Origin: an uncultured Acidobacteriota bacterium
GTDB lineage: Bacteria > Acidobacteriota > Thermoanaerobaculia > Multivoradales > SZUA-115
Assembly (NCBI GenBank): GCA_963805975.1
Contig: CAWDVR010000002.1
Span: forward strand, 544,001-608,000
Length of the DNA: 64,000 bases
Direction of reading: 5' to 3'
This document shows positions 34,612 through 47,165 of this stretch, one piece after another. Numbering within the stretch: the stretch's first letter is position 1; the number at the start of each line of letters is the position of its first letter. Made by a program: the position numbers and the translations under genes. The notes under the pieces were generated by a model, which made no database searches, was not told the origin of the DNA, and saw only the letters and a program-made list of their open reading frames with translations.

Positions 34612-34937
34612 ATGGGCCGCTCTTCCCTCGACGCCACCCACGAGCCCGGCCTTGCCACCCGCAAGGAACAGAAGGTCGAGCGGCCGCGGCGGTTCAAGGT
34701 GCTGTTGCACAACGACGATTACACTTCGATGGACTTCGTGGTCACGGTGCTGCGGAACCACTTCCACAAGCCTCCTGCCGAGGCCACCCAGGTGATGCTC
34801 GAGGTGCATCACCGCGGGGTGGGGGTGGCCGGCACCTACCCGCGCGAGATGGCCGAGACCAAGGTCGCCACGGTCACCGCCGCGGCGCGGGCCGAGGGCA
34901 TGCCGCTGCTCTTGACCCTGGAAGAGGAGGGCGTCTC

Positions 34938-34941
<4 letters not shown>
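34612..34941 (+). CDS. clpS: Clp protease adaptor ClpS
   Basis: VLLHNDDYTSMDFV, MLEVHHRG, AETK. Confidence 0.95.
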
Positions 34942-37259
<2,318 letters not shown>

Positions 37260-37352
37260 CGCCGTCACCGATGCTCGCTTAGCGTCCGGCTCGACCTGCG
37301 GGTCGCGGCAGAACCCCTCTACCCAACGAGACCCTGTACCCAGGAGGACCCC

Positions 37353-38864
37353 ATGTCGGAGCCGGCCAGAGTCGTCATCATCGGGGGAGGAGCGAGCGGC
37401 ACCCTGCTCGCGGCGCATTTGCTGCGCACCGGAATCGGCCGCCCCCTGTCGATCGCGCTCCTCGACCGCGCCGCCGCCTTCAGCCGCGGCCTCGCCTACG
37501 GCGCCGGTGCCGGGGACCACCTGCTCAACGTGCCGGCCGGCCGCATGAGCGCTTTCCCCGACGATCCGGACCACTTCCTCCGCTTCGCCCAGGAGCGGGA
37601 CTCCGCCGTCGTCGCGGGCACCTTCCTGCCCCGCCGCACCTTCGGCGACTACCTCGAGGCCACGCTCGCCCGGGCGGAGGCCGAGGCCGCTCCCGGCGCG
37701 AGCCTCGAGCGCCGGCCGGAGGAGGCGAAGGCGGTCCGACCCACCGGCGCCGGCGGACGCCTGCGCGTGGAGCTCGCGGGCGGCGGCTCCTTGCTGGGCG
37801 ACCGGATGGTGCTGGCGCTCGGCAACCTGCCCCCGACCGACCGACCGCCGCTGGCTCGGCTCGAGGCGAGCGTGCGCTGGGTGGAAGATCCGTGGAGCTT
37901 CCTCGGGGACTTCCCCGCGGACGGCAGCACCGAGCCCATCCTCCTCCTCGGCACCGGTCTCACCATGATCGACGTGGCGCTCGGGCTCCGCCAGCGGGGC
38001 CACACCGGCCCGCTGTACGCCGTCTCGCGGCGAGGCCAGCTGCCCCAGGCGCACCGCGCCGCGCCCTCTCCGGTGCCCGCCGCCGCGGACGGACGGCCGC
38101 CGCTCGCCGCGCGCCTCGCCGAGGGCCCTGCCCGGGTGCGCGCCTGGCTGCGGGAAGTGCGCGCGGAAGTCCGGGCGGCGCTCGCCACCGGCGGCGACTG
38201 GCGGCCGGTGCTGGACGGCCTGCGGGCCACCACCCCGGCCCTCTGGCGGCGCCTGCCGGCCGCCGAGCGCGCCCGGTTCCTGCGTCACCTGCAGCCGTAC
38301 TGGGACACTCACCGCCACCGCATGGCGCCCCGGATCGGCGCCGAGATCGAGGATCTGCTCGCCGGGGGCGCTCTCACCGTGCTCGCCGGCCGCGTGATCG
38401 ACACGCACGAGGAGCCCGGCGCCGTGACGGTCACCGTGCGCGCCCGCCGCGGCGGCGCGCGCATCAGCCTGGCGGTGGCGCGGATCATCGACTGCACCGG
38501 GCCGGCCCGCGACCTGGCACGGGCCGAGGAGCTGCTCCTCGCCGACCTGACCGGCCGCGGCCAGGCGCGGTTCGATACACTCGGCCTCGGTTTGGATGCC
38601 TCGCCCGACGGTGCGCTGCTGGACCGCAAGGGCACGCCGTCGCGCCGCCTCTACGCCCTGGGCACTCTGCTCAAGGGCCGCGACTGGGAATCGACCGCCG
38701 TCCCCGAGCTGCGCCGCCAAGCCGCGGAGCTGGCGGCGACCCTCGCCGCCTCGCTGGCGGCCGAGGGCCAGCCGGAGGCACCCCGTCGCTCGCCGGCAGA
38801 TGCGGCCGCGGGCGGCGCGGCCATGAAGAGCTCGGCGGCGGGCGGCGAAGCGATCGGAGCGTAG
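37353..38864 (+). CDS. FAD/NAD(P)-binding protein
   Basis: IIGGGASG, GLAY..HLLNVPAGRMS, GTGLTMID, WESTAVPELR. Confidence 0.85.
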   Translation: MSEPARVVIIGGGASGTLLAAHLLRTGIGRPLSIALLDRAAAFSRGLAYGAGAGDHLLNVPAGRMSAFPDDPDHFLRFAQERDSAVVAGTFLPRRTFGDYLEATLARAEAEAAPGASLERRPEEAKAVRPTGAGGRLRVELAGGGSLLGDRMVLALGNLPPTDRPPLARLEASVRWVEDPWSFLGDFPADGSTEPILLLGTGLTMIDVALGLRQRGHTGPLYAVSRRGQLPQAHRAAPSPVPAAADGRPPLAARLAEGPARVRAWLREVRAEVRAALATGGDWRPVLDGLRATTPALWRRLPAAERARFLRHLQPYWDTHRHRMAPRIGAEIEDLLAGGALTVLAGRVIDTHEEPGAVTVTVRARRGGARISLAVARIIDCTGPARDLARAEELLLADLTGRGQARFDTLGLGLDASPDGALLDRKGTPSRRLYALGTLLKGRDWESTAVPELRRQAAELAATLAASLAAEGQPEAPRRSPADAAAGGAAMKSSAAGGEAIGA

Positions 38865-38866
38865 AC

Positions 38867-40726
38867 GTGTCCATCGTCCTCGAGCAGCTCACCAAGCGCT
38901 ACCAGGGCCACCCGGTGGTCCACAACCTCTCGCTCGAGGTCACGGACCGCGAGCTGCTGGTGCTCCTGGGGCCCTCCGGCAGCGGCAAGAGCACAGTGCT
39001 GCGCATGATCGCCGGTCTCACCGAGGTAGACAGCGGGCGCATCGTGCTCCACGGCCGGGAGGTCACCCATCTCTCGCCGCAGCGCCGGGGCGTGGGCTTC
39101 GTGTTCCAGAGCTACGCCTTGTTCCGCGGCATGACGGTGGCCGAGAACGTGGAGTTCGCGCTCAAGATCCGCGGCGTGGCCGGCGCCGAGCGCCGCCGCC
39201 GGCGGGACGAGCTGCTGGAGCTGGTGGGCCTGGCGGGTCTCGCCGGCCGCATGCCCCGCCAGCTCTCCGGCGGCCAGCAGCAGCGGGTGGCGCTGGCGCG
39301 GGCCCTCGCCCACCAGCCCGAGGTGCTGCTGCTCGACGAGCCCTTCGGTGCGCTCGACGCCCGCATCCGCACCGAGCTGCGGCGCAGCATCCGCGCCATC
39401 CAGCGCGAGCTGGGCATCACCACCGTCTTCGTCACCCACGACCAGGAGGAGGCCTTCGAGCTCGCCGACCGCGTGGCCGTGATGCACTTCGGCCGCCTGC
39501 TCGAGGTGGGCCCGCCCGAGGAGCTCTACCTGCGGCCGGAGACCGAGTTCGTGGCCACCTTCCTCGGCACCGCCAACCTGATGGTGGGCGAGGCCACGGA
39601 TGAGGGCGTGCGGCTGGGGCCGGTCAGCTTCCCGCTCCAGACCCACGCCAACGGCTCGCCCGTGCCGCGCCGCGTGCAGGTGCTGTTCCGGCCCGAGGAC
39701 GTGGCGGTCAAGGACTCGGCGACCGCCCTCGACCATCCGCTGCTCGGCGAGGCCGTGGTCGAGCAATCTACCTTCATCGGCTCGGTCGAGCGGCTGCGGC
39801 TGCGGCTGCCGCCGCTTCCCGGCGCGCGGCCGATCTCGCCGCCGGCGCCCTTCGGCGGCGACTTCGTGCTGGTCGAGGCCAGCCGCTCGCAGCACCAGGC
39901 GCGGCGCTACCCGCTGGCGCCCGGCGACAAGGCCTGGGTGGGCGTGCGCCGCGTGCACGCGCTGGTGCACCCGGGGCTCTCGCTGCTCCTCGCGACGGAC
40001 GGCTCGCCCACCGCCCAAGCGGCCCTCGCCCTGGGCGGCCACATCGGCCGCCTCGCCCACGCGCGGGTGACGGTGCTGGCGACCGGCGGCGACGAAGCCG
40101 AGCTCTCGGCCCGCACCGAGGACGCGAAAGAGCAGCTCGGCGCGGGCCTGGCGGCGCTCGACATCCGCACCGTGCCGCCGCCGCTCGCCGCAGCCCTGGC
40201 CCGCGAGGCGGAGCGGCAGTCGCACGACCTGGCGATCCTGGGCGCCGAGGCCGACGAGGCGGTGGAGGCAGCCGAGCGTACGCTCGCCGCCGGCGAGCCG
40301 CACGTGCTGGTGGTCGGCGGCCCGGCGCCGCCGCCGACCCGCCTGCTGATCTGCGTGGCGGTGGGCGAGCCGGGCAAGGACGACGTGCTGTTCGCCGCCC
40401 GCCTCGCCCGCCACCTGGGCGCCGAGGCCACGGTGCTCACCGTGCTCCGCGACGGCGACACCCCGGCCGCCGCCGAGCGCTTTCTCGCCGCCAGCGCCCG
40501 CACCCTGGTGCGCCTCGGAGTGCCGGCCAAGACCGCGCTGCGGCGCGGCGAGCCACGGACCGAGATCCTCGCCGAGGCGGCGCAAGGCGATCACTCGCTG
40601 ATCGTGCTGGGGGCGCCGCTCCCCGACCACCGGGGCCGGGTGGTGCTCTCGGGCGTCGCGGCGGCGGTGCTCCAGACCAGCGGGCGCCCGGTGCTGATCG
40701 TGCGCTCCGGCGAGGGCGCGCAGTGA
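38867..40726 (+). CDS. cysA: Sulfate ABC transporter ATPase fused to tandem USP-like domains
   Basis: [31 protein letters not shown]-like region, then LLLATDGS.. and LLICV..RRGEP..LIVLG..PVLIVR. Confidence 0.85.
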   Translation: MSIVLEQLTKRYQGHPVVHNLSLEVTDRELLVLLGPSGSGKSTVLRMIAGLTEVDSGRIVLHGREVTHLSPQRRGVGFVFQSYALFRGMTVAENVEFALKIRGVAGAERRRRRDELLELVGLAGLAGRMPRQLSGGQQQRVALARALAHQPEVLLLDEPFGALDARIRTELRRSIRAIQRELGITTVFVTHDQEEAFELADRVAVMHFGRLLEVGPPEELYLRPETEFVATFLGTANLMVGEATDEGVRLGPVSFPLQTHANGSPVPRRVQVLFRPEDVAVKDSATALDHPLLGEAVVEQSTFIGSVERLRLRLPPLPGARPISPPAPFGGDFVLVEASRSQHQARRYPLAPGDKAWVGVRRVHALVHPGLSLLLATDGSPTAQAALALGGHIGRLAHARVTVLATGGDEAELSARTEDAKEQLGAGLAALDIRTVPPPLAAALAREAERQSHDLAILGAEADEAVEAAERTLAAGEPHVLVVGGPAPPPTRLLICVAVGEPGKDDVLFAARLARHLGAEATVLTVLRDGDTPAAAERFLAASARTLVRLGVPAKTALRRGEPRTEILAEAAQGDHSLIVLGAPLPDHRGRVVLSGVAAAVLQTSGRPVLIVRSGEGAQ

Positions 40727-40778
40727 ACGGCGGCGCATCGGCATCCGACGCGCACCCAAGTCTCCCGAGGAACCGACG

Positions 40779-41836
40779 ATGAAGAACATAACGCTGCGTC
40801 ACCAGTTCGCCACCCTGAGCGCTCTCACCCTGTTGCTCTCACCGCTGGGCTGCGGCGGCGAAGCGCCGCAAAAGACGGCGGCCCCTTCGACCGGCGGCGA
40901 GGTCAAGCTGCTCAACGTCTCCTACGACCCGACCCGCGAGCTGTACCAGGACTTCAACGCCGCCTTCGCCAAGCACTGGCAGGCGAAGACCGGCGACACC
41001 GTCACCGTGCAGCAGTCCCACGGCGGCTCGGGCAAGCAGGCGCGCTCGGTGATCGACGGCCTGGAGGCCGACGTGGTGACCCTCGCCCTGGCCTACGACG
41101 TCGACGCCATCGCCAAGGCCGGCCTGCTCCCCGCCGACTGGCAGACGCGGCTGGCGGACAACAGCGCCCCCTACACCTCGACCATCGTCTTCCTGGTGCG
41201 CAAGGGCAACCCCAAGGGCATCAAGGACTGGGGCGATCTCGCCAAGCCCGGCGTGGCGGTCATCACCCCCAACCCCAAGACCTCGGGCGGCGCGCGCTGG
41301 AACTACCTCGCGGCGCTGGGCCTGGGCCCTCCGGCAGCCGGGCGGTGACGAGGCCAAGGCCAAGGACTTCGTCGAAGGCCCTCTTCGCCAACGTGCCGAT
41401 CCTCGACACCGGCGCCCGCGGCTCGACCATCACCTTCGTCGAGCGCGGCATCGGCGACGTGCTGCTCGCCTGGGAGAACGAGGCGCTCTACGCCGTCGAG
41501 ACGCTCGGCAAGGGCGATCTCGAGATCGTGGCGCCGTCGCTCTCGATCCTCGCCGAGCCGACGGTGGCGGTGGTGGACAAGGTGGTGGACAAGCACGGCA
41601 CCGCGGTGGTGGCCAAGGCCTACCTCGAGTACCTGTACTCGGCCGAGGGCCAGGAGATCGCGGCCCGCCACCACTACCGCCCGCGCCTGGCCGAGGTGGC
41701 GGCCCAGCACGCCAGCCACTTCCCCGAGATCGAGCTGATCACCATCGACGGCGTCTTCGGCGGCTGGGCCCGGGCGCAGAAGACGCACTTCGACGACGGC
41801 GGCGTGTTCGACCAGATCTCGACGGGCGGGCGCTGA
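40779..41836 (+). pseudogene. sbp: Sulfate-binding lipoprotein broken by two +1 insertions (possible sequence errors)
   Basis: [33 protein letters not shown]; removing bases ~41316 and ~41374 restores [31 protein letters not shown]. Confidence 0.85.
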
Positions 41837-41838
41837 CG

Positions 41839-42717
41839 ATGGTGGATCCCCACCGGCAGGGAACCGGCACGCCGCGGCGGGGTCGGGGACGCGGTTCGGC
41901 CCTGCCCGGTTTCCGGCTGGCGATGGGGATCACCCTCCTCTACCTGTCGCTCGTGGTGCTGATCCCGCTCGCCGCGGTGTTCCTCAAGACCGCCACCCTC
42001 TCCTGGGAGGAGCTCTGGAGCACCGTGGCCTCGGCGCGGACCCTGGCGGCGTTCAAGCTCAGCCTGGGCGCTGCTTTCGCCGCGGCGGTGATCAACTCCT
42101 TCTTCGGGCTGCTCCTGGCCTGGGTGCTCGAGCGCTACCGGTTTCCCGGCAAGCGGCTGATCGACGCCATGGTCGACCTGCCCTTCGCCCTGCCCACCGC
42201 CGTCGCCGGCATTGCGCTCGCCTCGATCTACGCACCGGACGGCTGGATCGGCCGCTGGCTCGAGCCCCTGGGGCTCAAGGTGGCCTACACGCCGCTCGGC
42301 GTGGTGGTGGCGCTGACCTTCGTCAGCCTGCCGTTCGTGGTGCGCACCGTGCAGCCGGTGCTCGCCGACCTCGAGCCCGAGATCGAGGAGGCGGCGGCCT
42401 CCCTCGGGGCCGGGCGCTGGCGCACCTTCCGCTCGGTGCTCCTGCCCGAGCTGGCGCCGGCTCTCGCCACCGGCTTCGCCCTCGCCTTCGCCCGCGCCCT
42501 GGGCGAATACGGCTCGGTGATCTTCATCGCCGGCAATCTGCCGCTCAGATCCGAGATCACGCCGCTCCTCATCATGATCCAGCTCGAGCAGTACAACTAC
42601 GCCGGCGCCACGGCCATCGCCGTGGTGTTCCTGATGATCTCGTTCGCTCTTCTCCTGACCGTGAACATCCTGGCCTTCCGGCGCGGCCGCAAGCTCCGGG
42701 CGGTGGAGGTGGCCTGA
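41839..42717 (+). CDS. cysT: Sulfate ABC transporter permease CysT
   Basis: VDLPFALPTAVAGI, EEAAASLGA, GEYGSVIFIAGN. Confidence 0.93.
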   Translation: MVDPHRQGTGTPRRGRGRGSALPGFRLAMGITLLYLSLVVLIPLAAVFLKTATLSWEELWSTVASARTLAAFKLSLGAAFAAAVINSFFGLLLAWVLERYRFPGKRLIDAMVDLPFALPTAVAGIALASIYAPDGWIGRWLEPLGLKVAYTPLGVVVALTFVSLPFVVRTVQPVLADLEPEIEEAAASLGAGRWRTFRSVLLPELAPALATGFALAFARALGEYGSVIFIAGNLPLRSEITPLLIMIQLEQYNYAGATAIAVVFLMISFALLLTVNILAFRRGRKLRAVEVA

Positions 42718-42718
42718 G

Positions 42719-43558
42719 ATGGCGGCCGGCCGCGAGCGCCGCCCGGCCCTCTCCGAGCCGCGCTGGGTGCGGGCGCTGCTGATCGGCATCGCTCTCGCCT
42801 TCCTCGCCCTCTTCCTCTTCGTGCCCCTCGCGGTGGTGTTCGTCAAGGCGCTCGAAGGCGGGGTCGAGGCCTACATGGCGGCGGTGAACGAGCCGATCGC
42901 GCTCGCCGCCGTGCGCCTGACGCTCCTGACCGCGGCGATCGTGGTGCCGGTCAACCTGGTGTTCGGGCTGGCGGCGGCGTGGGCGATCGCCAAGTTCCGC
43001 TTCCGCGGCCGCAACTTCCTGGTCACCCTGATCGACGTGCCGTTCGCCGTCTCGCCGGTGATCGCCGGCATGATGTTCGTGCTGCTCTTCGGGGCCAGCG
43101 GCCTGGTGGGACCGTGGTTTCTCGAACGGGACATCAAGATCATCTTCGCGCTGCCCGGCATCGTGCTGGCGACGCTCTTCGTCACCGCGCCGATGGTGGC
43201 GCGCGAGCTGATCCCGCTGCTCGAGGCCCAGGGCAACGACGAGGAGGAGGCGGCGATGACCCTCGGCGCCTCGGGCTGGCAGACCTTCTTCCGCGTCAGC
43301 CTGCCCAAGATCCGCTGGGGCCTGGCCTACGGTGTGATCCTCTGCAACGCGCGGGCGATGGGCGAGTTCGGTGCCGTGTCCGTGGTCTCCGGCCACATCC
43401 GCGGCGCCACCAACACGCTGCCGCTGCACGTCGAGATCCTCTACAACGAGTACCAGTTCCAGGCCGCCTTCGCCGTCGCCTCGTTGCTGACCCTCCTGGC
43501 GCTCGCCACGCTCGGCGTCAAGACCTGGATCGAGGCGCGCTCCCCCGGACGGCGCTGA
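42719..43558 (+). CDS. cysW: Sulfate ABC transporter permease CysW
   Basis: IDVPFAVSPVIAG, NARAMGEFGAVSVVSGHI, LPLHVEILYNEY. Confidence 0.93.
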   Translation: MAAGRERRPALSEPRWVRALLIGIALAFLALFLFVPLAVVFVKALEGGVEAYMAAVNEPIALAAVRLTLLTAAIVVPVNLVFGLAAAWAIAKFRFRGRNFLVTLIDVPFAVSPVIAGMMFVLLFGASGLVGPWFLERDIKIIFALPGIVLATLFVTAPMVARELIPLLEAQGNDEEEAAMTLGASGWQTFFRVSLPKIRWGLAYGVILCNARAMGEFGAVSVVSGHIRGATNTLPLHVEILYNEYQFQAAFAVASLLTLLALATLGVKTWIEARSPGRR

Positions 43559-43565
43559 GGTCGCG

Positions 43566-44801
43566 ATGCGGGCCCAGCTCAGCACGCTCCTCGCCGCCCT
43601 GCTCCTCGCCGCGCTCCTGGCGTGGCTGTGGTCCCGGCGCCGCTCGGCGCAGGCCAACGAGCTCTCCTCGAGCCTCGAGGAGATGAAGAACCGCCTGCTC
43701 AAGATGACCGCCGAGCTCCAGCGCCGCCAGGCCGAGGCCGAGGCGGTGCTCACCGGCATCACCGAGGGCGTCTTCGCCGTCGACCGCGACCGCCGGGTGC
43801 GCTACCTGAACCCGCACGCGGCGACGCTCCTGGGGATCGCACCCGAGGAGGCACTCGGCCGTTTCTGCGGCGAGGTGCTCAACGCGCGCCGTGCCGACGG
43901 CAGCCAGCCCTGCGACGACGCCTGCCCGATCGTTCACGCCCGCTTCCGCGGCTCCACCCGCGCCAGCGAAAACCTGGTGCTGGCCTCGGGCCGGCGGCGG
44001 ACGGTGGTGATCACCAGCGCCCCGCCCACGGCGGGCCCGGCCGCGCTCGAGTCGCAGCGCGGCCCGCAGCAGTTCCAGGTGCTGCGCGACGAGACCGAGG
44101 TCGAGGCCTCGCGACGCCTGCGCGACGCCGTGCTCGCCAACGTCTCGCACGAGTTCAAGACCCCGCTCGCCGCGCAGCTCGCCTCGATCGAGCTCCTGGC
44201 CGACCGGCTGTCGCGCTCGGGCGACGGCGAGTCCATGCAGCTCGTGGCCTCGCTCGAGCGCGGTGCGCTGCGTCTCACCCAGCTCGTCGACAACCTGCTC
44301 GAGAGCGTGCGCATCGAGGCCGGCCAGCTCGGCGTGCGCCGCCAGCCGGTGGCGCTCGACGAGGTGGTGGAGGAAGCGGTGGAGCTCGCCACCCCGCTCC
44401 TCTCGCAGCGCGGGCAGCAGCTCTCCGTCGAGCTGCCCTATCCCCTCCCCGCCGTGCAGGGCGACGCGACGCGGCTGGCGCAGGTCTTCGTCAACCTGCT
44501 CGCCAACGCCAACAAGTACGCACCCGCCGGCTCCACGATCCGCATCCGCGGCGAAGTGCGCGATGCGGCGGTGTCGCTGGTGGTCGAGGACGAAGGGCCG
44601 GGGCTGCCGGCCGGCAGCGAGCGGGCGGTCTTCGAGCGCTTCTTCCGTTCTCCCGGCGAGGAGCCCGGCGAGAGCGGAATGGGCCTGGGGCTCGCGATCG
44701 TCAAATCGATCGTCGAGCGCCACGGCGGCACGGTGGCGGCCGAGCCCCTGCCCGGTGGCAGCCGCTTCCGCGTCACACTGCCGGTCGAGGAGGCGGCATG
44801 A
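43566..44801 (+). CDS. Sensor histidine kinase (single TM, Cys-containing PAS)
   Basis: VSHEFKTPL, NLLANANKY, DEGPG, GMGLGL. Confidence 0.9.
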   Translation: MRAQLSTLLAALLLAALLAWLWSRRRSAQANELSSSLEEMKNRLLKMTAELQRRQAEAEAVLTGITEGVFAVDRDRRVRYLNPHAATLLGIAPEEALGRFCGEVLNARRADGSQPCDDACPIVHARFRGSTRASENLVLASGRRRTVVITSAPPTAGPAALESQRGPQQFQVLRDETEVEASRRLRDAVLANVSHEFKTPLAAQLASIELLADRLSRSGDGESMQLVASLERGALRLTQLVDNLLESVRIEAGQLGVRRQPVALDEVVEEAVELATPLLSQRGQQLSVELPYPLPAVQGDATRLAQVFVNLLANANKYAPAGSTIRIRGEVRDAAVSLVVEDEGPGLPAGSERAVFERFFRSPGEEPGESGMGLGLAIVKSIVERHGGTVAAEPLPGGSRFRVTLPVEEAA

Positions 44802-45499
44802 AGGTCCTGGCCGTCGACGACGACGCCGATCTCCTCGCCCTGGTGGCTTTCGCGCTGCGCCAGGCCGGCTACTTCGTGGTGGAGGCGGTGGACGGGCCGG
44901 CGGCGCTCGCCGCCTTCGCGGCAGAAGAGCCGGGCCTGGTGATCCTCGACGTGAACCTGCCCGGCCTCGACGGCTTCGAGGTCTGCCGGCGGCTGCGCGC
45001 CACCTCTCGCGTGCCGATCCTCTTTCTCACCGTGCGCGGCGGCGAGGAGGACCTGGTGCGCGGCCTCGACCTGGGCGCCGACGACTACCTCACCAAGCCC
45101 TTCTCGCCGCGCACCCTGCTCGCCAGGGTGCGGGCGCTGCTGCGCCGCGGCGGCTTCGAGGCCCCGGCGCGGCTCGGCGCCGGCGACTTCAGCCTCGATG
45201 TGGACGCGCAGGCAGTGACCGTGGCCGGCGGCCCTCCCCGGCGGCTCACCCGCCTCGAGCTCCGCCTGCTCCAGTTCCTGCTCGCCCACGCCGGCAAGCC
45301 GGTGCTCGCCGAGCGCCTGCTCTCCCACGTCTGGGGCCACCGCGGCAGCGGCGACCGCCAGCTCCTGAAGCAGCTCGTCCACCGCCTGCGCCAGAAGATC
45401 GAAACCGACGCCGCGGCACCCAAGTACCTGCTGACCGTGGCGGGCGTGGGGTATGTGCTGGAGGCGGAGGGCGGGGCGGGCACCGGCACCGCGACCTGA
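44798..45499 (+). CDS. OmpR-family response regulator
   Basis: VDDD, ILDVNLP, GADDYLTKPF, winged-helix GVGY. Confidence 0.92.
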   Translation: MKVLAVDDDADLLALVAFALRQAGYFVVEAVDGPAALAAFAAEEPGLVILDVNLPGLDGFEVCRRLRATSRVPILFLTVRGGEEDLVRGLDLGADDYLTKPFSPRTLLARVRALLRRGGFEAPARLGAGDFSLDVDAQAVTVAGGPPRRLTRLELRLLQFLLAHAGKPVLAERLLSHVWGHRGSGDRQLLKQLVHRLRQKIETDAAAPKYLLTVAGVGYVLEAEGGAGTGTAT

Positions 45500-45534
45500 G
45501 TACAAAAGGCACACGACCCTGCTAGACTGCGCGG

Positions 45535-45810
45535 GTGAAGTTCTTCGCCTGGTCGCCGGAGAAGAACGAGGAGATTCGAGCAGCCCGGGGCATTTCCTTC
45601 GAGGAGGTCGTGTTCCACATCGAGCGTGGCGACGTCGTCGATCTCCTGGAGCACCCTAACCAGGATCGGTATCCGGGTCAGCGGGTCTTTGTCGTGGCCA
45701 TCGACGACTACGCTTACCTGGTGCCCTTTGTCGAAGACGAGCAACAGGTGTTCCTGAAGACCATCATTCCGAGCCGGAAGGCGACACGGGACTATCTCGG
45801 AGGCCGGTGA
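45535..45810 (+). CDS. BrnT-like toxin
   Basis: FAWSPEKN..RGISFEE, FLKTIIPSRKA. Confidence 0.8.
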   Translation: MKFFAWSPEKNEEIRAARGISFEEVVFHIERGDVVDLLEHPNQDRYPGQRVFVVAIDDYAYLVPFVEDEQQVFLKTIIPSRKATRDYLGGR

Positions 45811-46085
45811 TGTCGAAAGTGAACAAGGACGAGCGCGAGCTTTTGAGATCGGTCGAGGCGGGTGAATGGCGGAGTGTGGCGGGCAGTAAGGAGGAGCTCC
45901 GCCGCTATCATGACATCGCGGGTGCCACCCTCCGCAAGGACCAGCGCGTGAACATCCGCATTACCCGCCAGGACCTCGAGGCGATCAAGAAGCGCGCGGT
46001 GACCGAGGGCATCCCCTACCAGACCTTGATCGCGAGCGTGCTGCACAAGTACCTGTCCGGCCGGCTGCGGGAGCTGGGCGCGTAG
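45807..46085 (+). CDS. BrnA/CopG-like antitoxin
   Basis: KDQRVNIRI, EGIPYQTLIASVLHKY. Confidence 0.82.
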   Translation: MMSKVNKDERELLRSVEAGEWRSVAGSKEELRRYHDIAGATLRKDQRVNIRITRQDLEAIKKRAVTEGIPYQTLIASVLHKYLSGRLRELGA

Positions 46086-46250
46086 CCCACGCGCCTGCTC
46101 GATCGCGGCTCCTGCATTTGGATACTGGCCGGTACCTACCGCCCCTCGACCAGGATCTCGAGGCCCTCATGGTGCACGGCTGGCACTTCGATCGCAGCCT
46201 CGTTCGCTCGGACTCCTGACCCCGCTCACCTGCTCACCGACTGCCGACCC

Positions 46251-47099
46251 TCACCCCACCCCCTCCGGCCGCTCCGGGTGCTTGGCTTCCTCCACCCATG
46301 GTTTGAAGCACTCCTCGAAGAGGAACTTCCAGCCTTCGGTGACGTTGCCCTGCAGGCTGGCGCCGAGGCGGCCGAAGATGGTGTCCAGCAGGCGGAAACG
46401 GGTGCCGGTTTCGGTGGGGACGAAGTCGATGCGGGTCTGGAGGCGGGCCGGGCCGCCGAACTCCGGGGTCAGCTCGCCGGAGAGCCGGATCGTTCCCGGC
46501 TTGTTTAGCTCGATGACGTGGTACCAGACCAGCCCCTGGCCGTCGCCCCGGTCCTCGTAGAGGCGGCCCCCCAGCTTCTCCTCGAAGACGAAGCCTTTAG
46601 GGTTGGGGGAGGTGTAGAAAGCCGTGGGCCACCAGGCGACGATCTCCTCGGTGAAAGCCTTCCACACCCGCTCCGGCGGCGCGGCGATCTCCACCTCCAG
46701 GGCCACCTCGCAGACTCCGAACTCGGGTCTACCGTCCTGCTCGCTCATCTCGGGCTCTCCTCGCGGACCGGCTTCGATCCGCTGTTTGAGATCGGCCAGC
46801 GCCTCGACTCGAGCCCTGGCAAAGGGCTCGATCCAGCGCTGGGCAATCGCGTGAATGGGCATGGGGTTCAGGAAGTTCCAGCGCTCGCGGCCACGACGCT
46901 CGACCAGCACCAGGCCGGCGTCCACCAGCACCCCCAGGTGCTTCATGACCGCGAAACGGCTGAAAGCAAAGGCCTTGGCCAGCTCGCCGGTGGTGAGCGG
47001 CCGGGGGCGGAGCAGGTCCAGCATGCGGCGGCGATGAGGATCGGCCAGCGCCTTCCAGACCGCCTCGTGCTCCGCTGACCGCTCCGTTTTGCCTAACAT
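46251..47099 (-). CDS. ArsR-family HTH fused to SRPBCC/AHSA1 domain
   Basis: ALADPHRRRML..VMKHLGVL..GRER then IAAPPERVWKAFT..WW..GW. Confidence 0.85.
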   Translation of the reverse strand: MLGKTERSAEHEAVWKALADPHRRRMLDLLRPRPLTTGELAKAFAFSRFAVMKHLGVLVDAGLVLVERRGRERWNFLNPMPIHAIAQRWIEPFARARVEALADLKQRIEAGPRGEPEMSEQDGRPEFGVCEVALEVEIAAPPERVWKAFTEEIVAWWPTAFYTSPNPKGFVFEEKLGGRLYEDRGDGQGLVWYHVIELNKPGTIRLSGELTPEFGGPARLQTRIDFVPTETGTRFRLLDTIFGRLGASLQGNVTEGWKFLFEECFKPWVEEAKHPERPEGVG

Positions 47100-47116
47100 G
47101 TTACCATTTGGTCACA
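47099..47116. promoter_or_regulatory. Putative ArsR operator palindrome
   Basis: TGTTACCATTTGGTCACA imperfect inverted repeat at the start codon; TTGACA on the minus strand at 47134-47129. Confidence 0.45.
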
Positions 47117-47165
47117 ACAGAGAGGAAGTGTCAAGGGGGCTGCAGTTTCCCCAGCCGTCAACTCA

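Noticed and set aside
37260-37352. SAM riboswitch upstream of the sulfur operon
   Set aside because: No SAM-I core (ATC..GAG..GAGGGA..GCAACC) recognisable
41346-41348. TGA in sbp as a possible selenocysteine codon, given selB nearby
   Set aside because: The stop is out of the conserved frame and is explained by an upstream insertion; no Cys-equivalent position
46086-46219. Possible gene remnant after the BrnTA-like pair (..LHLDTGRYLPPLDQDLEALMVHGWHFDRS..)
   Set aside because: Coding-like codon usage but no start/RBS or recognisable family
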